Source: a virus
Lineage: Duplodnaviria; Heunggongvirae; Uroviricota; Caudoviricetes
IMG/VR virus record: IMGVR_UViG_3300021961_000056
Length of the DNA: 64,000 nucleotides
Strand: one strand, 5' to 3'
Positions 27,965-37,778 of the stretch are shown here, one piece after another. A model generated the notes under the pieces. That model saw nothing but the letters and a program-made list of their open reading frames with translations, ran no database searches and had not been told where the DNA came from. How positions within the stretch are numbered: position 1 is the first letter of the stretch; the number at the start of each line of letters is the position of its first letter. The position numbers were made by a program, and so were the translations under genes.

Positions 27965-28717
27965 ATGAATTTATTGGTGGATAGTTTATGGGTTTTTGGT
28001 GATTCTTTTTGTACTGAAGGATTTCCTCGCTGGACTCATTATTTAAAATCTGATATAGATAAACAATACGGTGAACGTCTGAAAGATGTAAGATATTACA
28101 ATTATGCTGCTGGTAGTTGTGATACCAGAAGCATTTTGGAATTTTGGCTACAAATGATACCCAACATGAAAGAAAATGATGCGGTTGTGGTATGTTTATC
28201 AGATACTTCTAGATGTAGATATCCACGTGAAGTGCATGATTGGGATACTATGCCATTTTTCGAAGATAGTAGGCATTATCCTCTTACTGTGTTTTATGAT
28301 TATGCGCCAAAAGGGATAGAATATGATGTTCATGTAGAAAAAATTTCCAAGTATGACATTTTATGGAAACATGACCAAAAAGTGTTTGAAGATTTTCAAG
28401 ACAAATATCTTTTAATGTCTGAATCTATTGCACAAAAAGAATCTCTTTGTAAATTAACTAAAGTAATACACGACCTTACACCATGTAAGAAAAAATTCAT
28501 TTACAACTGGGTGGATTGGAATTCAAAAACCACAGACATGAGCTTTGTTCATGAAAAACAATGGTTAACAGATAATGTATTTCATGGATATTGGGAAACT
28601 TTAGGTGATGAATATAAAAGATATTGGGGAGAACGTGGCGTGAAGGACGACCAGCACTTAAGTAGTAATTGTGAAAAGTTACTGTATGAACACATTAAAC
28701 AAACTTTTCTATTGTAA
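27965..28717 (+). CDS. SGNH/GDSL-family hydrolase-like protein (paralog 3)
   Basis: WVFGDSFCTEG motif near N-terminus; AT-rich. Confidence 0.55.
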   Translation: MNLLVDSLWVFGDSFCTEGFPRWTHYLKSDIDKQYGERLKDVRYYNYAAGSCDTRSILEFWLQMIPNMKENDAVVVCLSDTSRCRYPREVHDWDTMPFFEDSRHYPLTVFYDYAPKGIEYDVHVEKISKYDILWKHDQKVFEDFQDKYLLMSESIAQKESLCKLTKVIHDLTPCKKKFIYNWVDWNSKTTDMSFVHEKQWLTDNVFHGYWETLGDEYKRYWGERGVKDDQHLSSNCEKLLYEHIKQTFLL

Positions 28718-28722
28718 ACTAT

Positions 28723-29217
28723 ATGTCCATTAATTTAGAAACTGAAGTAGCTGTGTTAAAGAGTGATGTCACTAGAATGGCATCGCTTTTTTCACGGCTT
28801 GATACTGCCATTGAAAAGATGGGAGATGTGTCTAACAACATAGCCAAAATGTTGGCTGTTCATGAAGAACGGTTATCCAAACAGGATGACATAGACGAGG
28901 AGCTCTTCAGCTTGGTGGAAAAACGTAGACAAGAAATTCAAGGTGATATCAAAGAATTACATTCTCGTATCACTACAGTCAGTCGTGAGTTGTCCGATGA
29001 CTTGAATGAAACAGAACAACGCATCATGACGGCCATGACTTATGGCACATCTGAAATTAAACGATGCATCACAGAAGAAACAAAAGCCTTTTCAACTCAA
29101 CAAAATGAACTGGAAAAACGTGTGAATGAGTTAGAACGCTGGAAATGGTTAGTTATGGGAGGAAGCATTGTGGTGGGAGCCATAGCACATGAAATTTTTG
29201 GAATGTTATCCAAATAG
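28723..29217 (+). CDS. coiled-coil protein with C-terminal TM
   Basis: 164 aa. Confidence 0.45.
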   Translation: MSINLETEVAVLKSDVTRMASLFSRLDTAIEKMGDVSNNIAKMLAVHEERLSKQDDIDEELFSLVEKRRQEIQGDIKELHSRITTVSRELSDDLNETEQRIMTAMTYGTSEIKRCITEETKAFSTQQNELEKRVNELERWKWLVMGGSIVVGAIAHEIFGMLSK

Positions 29218-29218
29218 C

Positions 29219-30010
29219 ATGAAAAAAAATCTTATAGTATGTGGGTGTTCATTTACTGAAGGTCATTTTCTTAAAGAAAAAGGGTCATGGGCCACCTACT
29301 TTGGAAACATTCACAACATGAATGTTATAAATTTAGCTAGTGGAGGAGCAGGAAACGAGTTTATAACAACTGCCCCTATACATTACAGCTTAGCCAATCC
29401 TGAAATAGCCAAAGACAGTTTGTTCATCATACAACTTTCAGAAATAACCAGAGTTTGGATGGATTGGTGTGATATGTCTGGGTTATATATAGGAACCAAT
29501 GTTTCCACACAAAACATTTTACAAGTACCTAATTGGCCTACCACAGATGCTCGTCAACTGGCATTTCAAACCTGGCTTGAAAACAGCGGTGAACACATAT
29601 GGCCTTTGTATAATAATATAAATCACCTTTATTGGAAAACTTTATCTGGAATTGTGAACTTCATTAATTTTTGCGATGCACATGGTTATCCATACAGAAT
29701 TTTCGATGGATTAACCACTTGTGTGCCACAAGAAATACATCCTGGTGTATGGAGAGTACGATATCCTAACCCAGGTGACCTAGATGTTCGGGAAGATGAT
29801 CCGGGTGCCAATAAGTTGTATTGGATGTTCCTCACCAGAAGTCTAGTTACTTCTTTGAACAATAATCCTTTCTATTTTAAAGAAAAAACTTTAATGGAAT
29901 TTGTGATGGATGATGATTCACGGCATACACATAATGATGGCCACCCTAATGAATTAGGGGCTAAACTTTGGGCCGAACATCTTACTGAAATTTTCACTTT
30001 GAATTCGTAG
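29219..30010 (+). CDS. SGNH/GDSL-family hydrolase-like protein (paralog 4)
   Basis: LIVCGCSFTEGHF block I, ASGGAGNEF block II, C-terminal NDGHPNELGAKLWAEH block V; ATG 29219 just after upstream stop. Confidence 0.6.
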   Translation: MKKNLIVCGCSFTEGHFLKEKGSWATYFGNIHNMNVINLASGGAGNEFITTAPIHYSLANPEIAKDSLFIIQLSEITRVWMDWCDMSGLYIGTNVSTQNILQVPNWPTTDARQLAFQTWLENSGEHIWPLYNNINHLYWKTLSGIVNFINFCDAHGYPYRIFDGLTTCVPQEIHPGVWRVRYPNPGDLDVREDDPGANKLYWMFLTRSLVTSLNNNPFYFKEKTLMEFVMDDDSRHTHNDGHPNELGAKLWAEHLTEIFTLNS

Positions 30011-30096
30011 TAAAAACTCGTCCAAAAGAATCACTAAAAGATTCACTTAAAAATTTGGAAATTATAAATAAATTTGGTACTCCGCACCACTAAAAC

Positions 30097-30125
30097 TTGA
30101 CAAATTGCAAGACATTGTATATATT
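30097..30125 (+). promoter_or_regulatory. sigma70-like promoter TTGACA-17bp-TATATT upstream of primase
   Basis: TTGACA 30097-30102, TATATT 30120-30125; ORF track's TTG start at 30097 is this -35 box. Confidence 0.55.
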
Positions 30126-30144
30126 CCGTGACAGGAGGAATACA

Positions 30145-31161
30145 ATGTCTTATTTCATTGATACCAAATATCTAAACATGATTGGTCACAGATTGCCTTT
30201 GTTCGCAAAGAAAAAGGCGGATTTGTGGAATTGTCGTTGCATTGTCTGTGGTGATTCCAAGACAAACAAAAAGAAGGCACGTGGATATTTCTATCGTCAG
30301 AAAAATGACTTATACTACAAGTGTCATAATTGTGATGCCAGCCAACATTTTGGAACATTCTTGAAAAACTTTGATGCACACACCTATCAACAATATGTGT
30401 TTGAAAGATATGCCAAAGGAGAGAATGGGCCCAAGGCTCACACAAATGCTGAAGAATTGGTGTATAAGCATGAGAAAATTGAATTCAAGCCAAAATCAGT
30501 ATTGGAAGAAGTGGCACAAAGATTGGATACCTTGGATGAAAACAATGAAGCTGTCCAGTATTGCATTTCTCGGAAAATTCCTGTTGACAAGTTTTCACAA
30601 TTATACTATATTCCTTCAGTCAAGGATATACAAAAGATTGCTCCACAATACGATTCCATTCGTACCATGGAACCTCGGTTGTTGCTCCCGTTTTATGATG
30701 AATCCGGTGAACTCACGGGAGTGACAATGCGAGGACTTCGTGGGGAATCTTTACGATATATAATGATTAAGATGAAGGAAGATGCCCCGTTAATGTTTGG
30801 CATCAACAACATTGATAAAACACAACCCATCACAATTGTTGAAGGTCCCATAGATAGTTTGTTCTTGAAGAACAGCCTAGCATGTGCAGGTACAGGATTC
30901 AGTAAAATTGAATCATTGAATCTTCCCAAGGACATGATTACCATTGTGTTTGACAATCAACCTAGAAACGCTGAGGTGTGTCGCCTTGTCGAAAAGTACA
31001 TCAATTTGGATTACAAGGTTGTTATCTGGCCTTGTGAGTATCGGGAAAAAGATATCAATGAATTTGTTGAAAGCGGAAGAAAAATCCATGACCTTATTCG
31101 TGACAACACGTTCCAAGGACTCATGGCGAAATTAAAATTCACAGAATGGAGAAATTGTTGA
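30145..31161 (+). CDS. 61: DNA primase (T4 gp61-like; zinc ribbon + TOPRIM)
   Basis: CRCIVCGDS...YYKCHNCDAS zinc finger; TOPRIM IVEGPIDSLF...DNQPRN; ATG 30145 with RBS AGGAGG. Confidence 0.8.
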   Translation: MSYFIDTKYLNMIGHRLPLFAKKKADLWNCRCIVCGDSKTNKKKARGYFYRQKNDLYYKCHNCDASQHFGTFLKNFDAHTYQQYVFERYAKGENGPKAHTNAEELVYKHEKIEFKPKSVLEEVAQRLDTLDENNEAVQYCISRKIPVDKFSQLYYIPSVKDIQKIAPQYDSIRTMEPRLLLPFYDESGELTGVTMRGLRGESLRYIMIKMKEDAPLMFGINNIDKTQPITIVEGPIDSLFLKNSLACAGTGFSKIESLNLPKDMITIVFDNQPRNAEVCRLVEKYINLDYKVVIWPCEYREKDINEFVESGRKIHDLIRDNTFQGLMAKLKFTEWRNC

Positions 31162-31880
31162 TGAGAGTGAAGTTGATAAGTTTCACCCAACCCCCTGAAT
31201 ATGTTAATAGTAATGGGATGGTGCATTCCAAAGAGTTTGGAAAATATTTAAATCATGACCTTACTAAACTTGTTGCCTATTGTGCTCGGGTGAGTAATCC
31301 CGCCAATCAAAACAATGATGAAACATCTGAAAAGTTAATCAATTATCTTATCAAATGGAAACATTGGAGTCCGTTTGAGATGGTGAACGTGTGTTTAGAG
31401 GTGGAAACCACCCGGGATATCGCACGACAAATTCTTCGGCATCGTTCATTTACATTTCAAGAATTCAGTCAACGATATGCTGACCCAGTAAAGGAATTGG
31501 AGTTTGAGATTCGTGAAGCTCGGCTTCAAGATGCAAAAAACAGACAAAACAGCATTGAAGTAGACAATGATACCTTGCAAGAAGCTTGGAAATATCATCA
31601 ATCTTTAGTGATTGAACAGGCGAAGTTTGCCTATCAATGGGCCATGGATCATGGTATTGCCAAGGAAGTAGCACGTGCTGTTCTACCAGAAGGATTAACT
31701 ACGTCCCGTATGTATATAAATGGGACTTTACGAAGCTGGATTCACTATATAGATATACGTTCTGACAAGGCGACTCAGAAGGAACATAGAATGATTGCAG
31801 TAGAGTGTGCCAAAGTCATTTCTGAAATTTTTCCATTGATAAATAACTTTTCACATTATGAGAACGACAATGCAAAGTGA
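31146..31880 (+). CDS. thyX: flavin-dependent thymidylate synthase ThyX
   Basis: RHRSFTFQEFSQRY = ThyX signature RHRx7S. Confidence 0.85.
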   Translation: MEKLLMRVKLISFTQPPEYVNSNGMVHSKEFGKYLNHDLTKLVAYCARVSNPANQNNDETSEKLINYLIKWKHWSPFEMVNVCLEVETTRDIARQILRHRSFTFQEFSQRYADPVKELEFEIREARLQDAKNRQNSIEVDNDTLQEAWKYHQSLVIEQAKFAYQWAMDHGIAKEVARAVLPEGLTTSRMYINGTLRSWIHYIDIRSDKATQKEHRMIAVECAKVISEIFPLINNFSHYENDNAK

Positions 31881-32259
31881 TGTAAGAATTTTTATGGAAG
31901 CATGTGGTCAAGCAGTACAAACTAGGCCCAGTTTCACCGATGAGAATTACAAGCAAGCTGTCCTGTACTTAAACCTTATTCGAGAGGAGATGGCAGAATT
32001 AGAAGAAGGATTTGAAAACCAGGACATAGTAGAAACAGCAGATGCTTGTGGCGATTTAATTTGGGTGATACTTGGTCTATGCAATACTCTAGGAATTCCT
32101 ATGGGTCCTGTATGGCAGGAAATCACCTCATCGAACATGAGCAAAACTGTAGAAGGCAAGGTTATCCGTCGTGAGGACGGTAAAATCTTGAAACCCGACA
32201 CATATTTCCCACCCAACATTCACCGAGCCCTACAGCTCCAGGAACCCAACAATGAGTAA
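31858..32259 (+). CDS. mazG: MazG-like nucleoside triphosphate pyrophosphohydrolase
   Basis: EEMAELEEGF...DACGDLIWVILGL MazG EExxE/D motifs. Confidence 0.7.
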   Translation: MRTTMQSDVRIFMEACGQAVQTRPSFTDENYKQAVLYLNLIREEMAELEEGFENQDIVETADACGDLIWVILGLCNTLGIPMGPVWQEITSSNMSKTVEGKVIRREDGKILKPDTYFPPNIHRALQLQEPNNE

Positions 32260-34111
32260 GATGGAACTCCCCGCCAAGATTTTAAGTGATATCACTGTGT
32301 TCATGAAGTATGCTAAGTTCATCCCAGAACTTGGTCGTCGTGAAAATTGGAAAGAACTTGTTGATAGAAACAAGAAGATGCATTTGGAAAAGTATCCTAC
32401 ATTGAAGAAGGATATTGAAGATGCATATAAGTTTGTGTATGACAAGAAGATTCTTCCTAGCATGCGTTCATTGCAATTTGCTGGTAAGCCTATTGCCATT
32501 AACAATGCTCGTTTGTATAATTGTTGCTTTCTTCCTGTTGACCATGTGGACGCTTTTAGTGAAGTGATGTTTTTGTTGTTGTCTGGTACAGGTGTGGGAT
32601 ATTCTGTTCAACAACATCACGTGGAAAAACTCCCAGAAATCAACAAGCCTGTGAAGTCACGCCGCTATCTTGTAGGAGATAGCATTGAAGGCTGGGCAGA
32701 TGCTGTCAAGGTGATGATTGCTGCTTACATGAAGGGTAAGGCACTTCCTGTATATGATTTCAGTGATGTTCGTCCCAAGGGAGCTGCACTCATCACTTCA
32801 GGTGGTAAGGCGCCTGGACCTGAACCCTTGAAGGATTGCTTACACAACGTTCAAAAAATTCTTGATAGAAAGCAAAACGGCGACCATCTCACTTCACTAG
32901 AAGTGCATGACATTCTTTGCTACATTGCCGATGCCGTGTTGGCAGGTGGTATTCGTCGGTCAGCCATGATTTCATTATTTGATATTGATGACGATGATAT
33001 GTTGACTTGTAAGTTCGGCAACTGGTGGGAAACTGCTCCTCAACGTGGTCGTGCCAACAACTCGGCTGTGATTGTTCGTTCCAAGGTGGAAGAAGAAGTG
33101 TTCATGGATTTGTGGAAGAAGATTGAAGCTTCTGGTTCAGGTGAACCTGGATTCTTCTTCACTAACGACAAGGATTGGGGTATGAATCCTTGTGCTGAAA
33201 TTTCACTTCGTCCTTTCCAATTCTGTAATCTTACCACCATTCATGCCGGTGATGTAACATCACAAGAAGATTTAAATGCTCGCGCCAAGGCGGCATCATT
33301 CATTGGCACATTACAAGCCAGTTACACCAACTTTCACTATTTGAGAGACATATGGAAGAGAACAACAGAGAAGGAAGCACTCATCGGAGTGTCGATGACC
33401 GGTATCGCTTCGGGCACCGTCCTGAATTTAGATATGAAGGAAGCAGCCAACGTGGTGAAGGAAGAGAATGCACGTGTGGCGGAAATGATTGGAACCAACA
33501 AGGCTGCGAGAACCACCACTGTCAAGCCCGAGGGAACGTCATCACTGGTATTAGGAACATCCTCTGGAATTCACGCTTGGCATAACAAGCACTATATTCG
33601 TAGAATTCGTGTAGGTAAGAATGAAAGCATCTACAATTATCTGAACACCAATCATCCAGAATTGGTGACAGATGAGTTCTTCAAGCCAAACATTCAAGCT
33701 GTCATTGAAGTGCCACAAAAGGCACCAGAAGGTGCCGTGACTCGACAAGAATCAGCTCTTGATTTGTTGAAGCGTGTATCCAAGGTGTGGAAGGAATGGG
33801 TGAAGCCAGGTCATCGCAAGGGTGCCAACAAGAACAATGTGTCCACAACTGTTACCATCAAGCCACATGAATGGGATGAAGTGGGTCAATGGATGTGGAA
33901 CAACCGTGAAAACTTCACAGCATTGTCAGTGCTTCCTTTCTCTGACCACACATACATTCAAGCTCCTTTTGAAGATGTTGATGAAGTCACTTACGAAGAA
34001 GCCGTCAAGGTGTTACACAACATCAATCTTGATGATGTCAAGGAAATGAATGATGAAACCAATCTTCAAGGCGAGGCAGCATGCTCTGCCAACGGTTGTG
34101 AGGTGTCATAA
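32252..34111 (+). CDS. ribonucleotide reductase catalytic protein (single-chain, class II/NrdJ-like)
   Basis: GMNPCAEISLRPFQFCNLTTI matches RNR NPCGE...CNL active-site block; 619 aa with no adjacent small subunit. Confidence 0.7.
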   Translation: MSKMELPAKILSDITVFMKYAKFIPELGRRENWKELVDRNKKMHLEKYPTLKKDIEDAYKFVYDKKILPSMRSLQFAGKPIAINNARLYNCCFLPVDHVDAFSEVMFLLLSGTGVGYSVQQHHVEKLPEINKPVKSRRYLVGDSIEGWADAVKVMIAAYMKGKALPVYDFSDVRPKGAALITSGGKAPGPEPLKDCLHNVQKILDRKQNGDHLTSLEVHDILCYIADAVLAGGIRRSAMISLFDIDDDDMLTCKFGNWWETAPQRGRANNSAVIVRSKVEEEVFMDLWKKIEASGSGEPGFFFTNDKDWGMNPCAEISLRPFQFCNLTTIHAGDVTSQEDLNARAKAASFIGTLQASYTNFHYLRDIWKRTTEKEALIGVSMTGIASGTVLNLDMKEAANVVKEENARVAEMIGTNKAARTTTVKPEGTSSLVLGTSSGIHAWHNKHYIRRIRVGKNESIYNYLNTNHPELVTDEFFKPNIQAVIEVPQKAPEGAVTRQESALDLLKRVSKVWKEWVKPGHRKGANKNNVSTTVTIKPHEWDEVGQWMWNNRENFTALSVLPFSDHTYIQAPFEDVDEVTYEEAVKVLHNINLDDVKEMNDETNLQGEAACSANGCEVS

Positions 34112-34425
34112 TGGAAAGTTTACACACCCTTGCTGAAGTGGAACAAGCAATAGCTAAACATGATGTCGTGGTGTTGGACTTATACGCTACGTGGTGTGTG
34201 CCTTGTCAACAAATGTTGCCTGTAGTAGGGGAACTGGCTGAAACAACGTCAGTCCCCTTCTACAAGGTGGACATTGATGAGGTTCCTGAAATTAAAGAGT
34301 TTACAGGTGCAAAAGCTGTTCCCATGTTATTGATATATAAACAAGGAAAGAAGCGTGAATTTGCTTTCGGAGTGAATGAAAAAACAAAAATTGAAAGCAA
34401 ATTGAACCGAGTACTAAGGAGCTAA
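34111..34425 (+). CDS. thioredoxin
   Basis: WCVPCQ active site (WCGPC variant), 104 aa, directly after RNR. Confidence 0.8.
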   Translation: MESLHTLAEVEQAIAKHDVVVLDLYATWCVPCQQMLPVVGELAETTSVPFYKVDIDEVPEIKEFTGAKAVPMLLIYKQGKKREFAFGVNEKTKIESKLNRVLRS

Positions 34426-34430
34426 GCACA

Positions 34431-35570
34431 ATGACACTTCCAGTTATACCGAAAATATCTCTCACAGAAATTGCTGCTGCTGAAGCTGCAAAAGCTGCGG
34501 AATCAGTTGTTAATGTAGAGAAACAATTAGCAGAACAAGCGGCACAATTAAGCAAATTGAAAGCATCAGGAGATTCCTTATCTGCAGCTGCAGGAGCCGC
34601 AGACGTAAGAGCGGCCGCGGTGGCCGCTCGAGCGGCCGAGGTGGCCGCTCTTGAAAAATCTATTGAAAGTACAAAAGAATCGTTGGCTGCAGCTAATAAT
34701 TTGTTACAATTACAAAAAGATAAGCTTAATTTTTCATTGATTGATGACATTGAGCTACCAGACATTAATTTAGAGTTGCCATCAATCACAGCAGCAGATA
34801 TTTTAGGAATGTTACCTCCTTTACCTGCACCGCCAGATTTTCCTCCAAAACTTTCAATCAGTTTAAAAACGTTATTGACTCCTGCACTAGGATTGGGAAG
34901 CCCACCTGGTTTACCAGCAATTCCAGGACCTATCCTAGCTTTACTAAAACTACCACCTAAAGGAGGAAATGTTAGTGGACCTGGAGGAAGTTTTGCTGCT
35001 GGGCCGAATATTACACAAAATGTGATAGCGACTGACACTGTGATTGCTCCTAGTGTTAATGTCGGTGATATGTTAACGTCACCCACCATTGTTACTGGAA
35101 ACATTGCATCAACAACTACAATTAATCTAGCAGCGGCTGCAGGTGTTACAATAACCTCACCGACCGTTGTATTAACATCTCCTGCTGTTACTGTGACTGG
35201 TTCAATAACTGCTGCAACAGGTATATTCGCCTCAGTTGCTGCGCCTTTCAAATTGTTTGATATTCCACACCCATCCAAAGAAAATCAACGTTTACGTCAC
35301 GGATGTTTAGAAGGTCCGGAATTAGGTGTGTATACGCGAGGAAAAACATCTGAAGGCATCATCCCACTTCCAAGTTACTGGAGTGATTTGGTGGATGAAA
35401 AATCAATCACTGTTCATCTGACACCCACCAACATGGATCAAACATTGGTTGTGAACAACATCAATGGATTAATGATTCAAGTGTTGGGAAATCATCATCT
35501 ACCATATCACTACTTGGTGATGGCAGAAAGAAAAGATGTTGATAAATTGGATGTAGAAACAAATGCATAA
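34431..35570 (+). CDS. putative structural/fiber-like protein (Ala-rich coiled coil + Pro-rich + beta-rich C-terminus)
   Basis: 379 aa; contains GC-rich palindromic coding patch at 34611-34650. Confidence 0.5.
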   Translation: MTLPVIPKISLTEIAAAEAAKAAESVVNVEKQLAEQAAQLSKLKASGDSLSAAAGAADVRAAAVAARAAEVAALEKSIESTKESLAAANNLLQLQKDKLNFSLIDDIELPDINLELPSITAADILGMLPPLPAPPDFPPKLSISLKTLLTPALGLGSPPGLPAIPGPILALLKLPPKGGNVSGPGGSFAAGPNITQNVIATDTVIAPSVNVGDMLTSPTIVTGNIASTTTINLAAAAGVTITSPTVVLTSPAVTVTGSITAATGIFASVAAPFKLFDIPHPSKENQRLRHGCLEGPELGVYTRGKTSEGIIPLPSYWSDLVDEKSITVHLTPTNMDQTLVVNNINGLMIQVLGNHHLPYHYLVMAERKDVDKLDVETNA

Positions 35571-35724
35571 AATTATTTTTTGTTCCTCATGCGAAGCAGA
35601 ATTCACACTTCGTCATGACATGGATGAAGACCATTATAGAATAGAATTTTGTCCATTTTGTGCTGAAGAATTGGATATTGAAGATGAATATGAAATAGAT
35701 GAGGATGAGGATGAAGCAGTTTGA
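35563..35724 (+). CDS. small zinc-ribbon protein
   Basis: 53 aa MHKIIFCSSCEAEF...CPFCAEE with acidic tail; below ORF-track size cutoff. Confidence 0.35.
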   Translation: MHKIIFCSSCEAEFTLRHDMDEDHYRIEFCPFCAEELDIEDEYEIDEDEDEAV

Positions 35725-36775
35725 GCCTACTTATAAAAGTCATCACGCTGAACATTTAAAATCCATAGAAATCAATTCAGATTTTTTCCTATGGGAAGAG
35801 ACAGAGCGCCAAAAAATATACATTTGGAAATATTCGCCTAATGATGAAGGTCATCATTTTTTTGCGAAAAAACATATTTTAGATATAATGGAAAAAAATA
35901 TTTACAATAAAGACATTATCCTTGTTAATCCTACAGAAAATACTGAGACTTTGAATAATTTTGCTTTTTACAATGATGAAGATTTTTCTCATATTCGTGA
36001 CAAAGATAATAAAAAAATATTTTATGTTACTGCAGATGATAGCGCTCCATCAAAATATTATATTCTAGGAATTAAGTCCCATATTGATAGTATAGTGGCA
36101 TTACCTAGATGGAGCAAGATGAAAAAAATATTAGAACAAAATTATCGACCCTTTTTGTTGGGAATGTTAGGAAGGCGTGGTCATGGCCGCAGATATAAAA
36201 TGTTTAAAAAACTGCATTCATTGAATAATGAAAATTTCTTGTTGAAATATTCGAATTTAGATTCAAATAGTGCAAATATTACAAAAAATGAATTAGACGC
36301 CATTGATTTTGTAGAAAAGGATGGTATTGTCTTTCCTTATTCTTCACATGAAGTTTTAGAACCTATCCGATTTCATGCAAAATTTTCAGGTGATGACTTC
36401 ATGTTCATGTACGCCTGTTTATTAAGTATGTGTAAAATGGTTGTAGTGGTTGAAACTTGTTCTGACACCGGTGGAAATTTAACAGAAAAAAGTTTAACTC
36501 CATTTTTAACAAAAACTATTCCCGTATATGTCAATGGTGAGGATCATATTAAAGCATTAGAGCGCAATGGATTTTATACGTTTGTAGATGATTTCAATAG
36601 TAGAGAAATGCAAAAACTGGACTCCAGATTTAGTTCAGAAAAATACTATCAAGAATTTTTTTCGCTATTTGACAGAATAAATCAAGGACATTATGATTCT
36701 TTATATGAAAAAGTCCAAGATAAAATAGAACATAACTATAACTTGGCGTTAAAAATACATCACATGGAGTTGTAA
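35711..36775 (+). CDS. GT10 (fucosyltransferase)-like glycosyltransferase, paralog B
   Basis: VVVETCSDTGGNLTEKSLTPFL ~ FENS...TEK motif; AT-rich. Confidence 0.5.
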   Translation: MKQFEPTYKSHHAEHLKSIEINSDFFLWEETERQKIYIWKYSPNDEGHHFFAKKHILDIMEKNIYNKDIILVNPTENTETLNNFAFYNDEDFSHIRDKDNKKIFYVTADDSAPSKYYILGIKSHIDSIVALPRWSKMKKILEQNYRPFLLGMLGRRGHGRRYKMFKKLHSLNNENFLLKYSNLDSNSANITKNELDAIDFVEKDGIVFPYSSHEVLEPIRFHAKFSGDDFMFMYACLLSMCKMVVVVETCSDTGGNLTEKSLTPFLTKTIPVYVNGEDHIKALERNGFYTFVDDFNSREMQKLDSRFSSEKYYQEFFSLFDRINQGHYDSLYEKVQDKIEHNYNLALKIHHMEL

Positions 36776-36778
36776 CAT

Positions 36779-37069
36779 ATGTTTACTTGGTTATTGGTGT
36801 TCAGTGCTCAAGTGTTTTTTAATATTTTAAAAGTATTAGAAATACGTTATACCTATGAAAAAAATACTTCCAAGTTGCTTATAAATTCTGTTTGGATGGC
36901 CGGTGCTGCTTTAGCGGCAACTTATCTTGCAGTAGATGAATTGGCTAAAGGTAACATTTCTGTCTTTCCGGTGTACGTTCTAGGAAATTTGGTGGGAAAA
37001 TATATTGGTATGAAGATTGATACTTTGCGAGAAAAAGTTCCGCTATTATACTTCTTTTCAGGAGAATAG
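36779..37069 (+). CDS. small membrane protein
   Basis: 96 aa, 2-3 TM segments. Confidence 0.45.
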   Translation: MFTWLLVFSAQVFFNILKVLEIRYTYEKNTSKLLINSVWMAGAALAATYLAVDELAKGNISVFPVYVLGNLVGKYIGMKIDTLREKVPLLYFFSGE

Positions 37070-37777
37070 ATGAAAAATTTGCTCACCATTGTTATCCCAT
37101 GTAAGAATGAAGAAAATTATATTGTCCCTTTATTGGAAGATTTGTCTCAACAGTACGGTATCGGAGATGTCCGCATCATTATCGCAGATGCCGATAGTAC
37201 CGATTCTACTGTCCCTCTTATAAACACTTATAAAGACGAATTGAATATTGAAGTCATCAAAGGTGGACCGGTATCCGTGGGACGGAATAATGGTGCGGCA
37301 TTAGCTACGACCCCATATATTTTGTTCTTGGATGCCGATGTACGACTCTTTGACCAATTAACAATCTTTGATGCAGTACATATGATGGATTTCCATAAGT
37401 TGGATTTGATGACTGCAAACATCAAGAACTATGGAAAGGATTGGAGAGCATCTTTCTTCTTTGGTGCATTTAACATCATCAATCAAATCATGACCAAGAA
37501 AACACCATTTGCTATCGGTGCATTCTTCTTGACTCGTAGATATGAGTTTGAGATGTTGGGTGGATTTCCAAACAAGTATGAAACATCAGAAGATTATATT
37601 TTGAGTAAACAATATGATGCTGATAAGTTTCGAATCATCCACCATTACTTCGGTCAAGATGAACGCCGTTTCAAGAAGTTGGGATATTTGGGAATGATGT
37701 GGTATATGATTGTGAACTTCTTTAACCGAAACAATTTAAAACACTTTGAAAAAGCCAAAGTGAATTATTGGGATTAA
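37070..37777 (+). CDS. glycosyltransferase family 2
   Basis: TIVIPCKNEENYI...ADADSTDS...LFLDADV (GT2 DxD/DAD signature). Confidence 0.7.
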   Translation: MKNLLTIVIPCKNEENYIVPLLEDLSQQYGIGDVRIIIADADSTDSTVPLINTYKDELNIEVIKGGPVSVGRNNGAALATTPYILFLDADVRLFDQLTIFDAVHMMDFHKLDLMTANIKNYGKDWRASFFFGAFNIINQIMTKKTPFAIGAFFLTRRYEFEMLGGFPNKYETSEDYILSKQYDADKFRIIHHYFGQDERRFKKLGYLGMMWYMIVNFFNRNNLKHFEKAKVNYWD

Positions 37778-37778
37778 T

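Noticed and set aside
30097-30144. ORF-track start of the primase at 30097 (TTG)
   Set aside because: The TTGACA at 30097 is the -35 box of a TTGACA-17-TATATT promoter. The real start is ATG 30145 (MSYFIDTKY), preceded by AGGAGG.
34301-35278. 325-aa ORF on the minus strand
   Set aside because: It lies entirely antisense to the 379-aa + strand gene (34431-35570). It stays open only because of the Ala/Gly/Pro-rich GC-biased coding repeats, and its translation is low-complexity. Treated as a shadow ORF.
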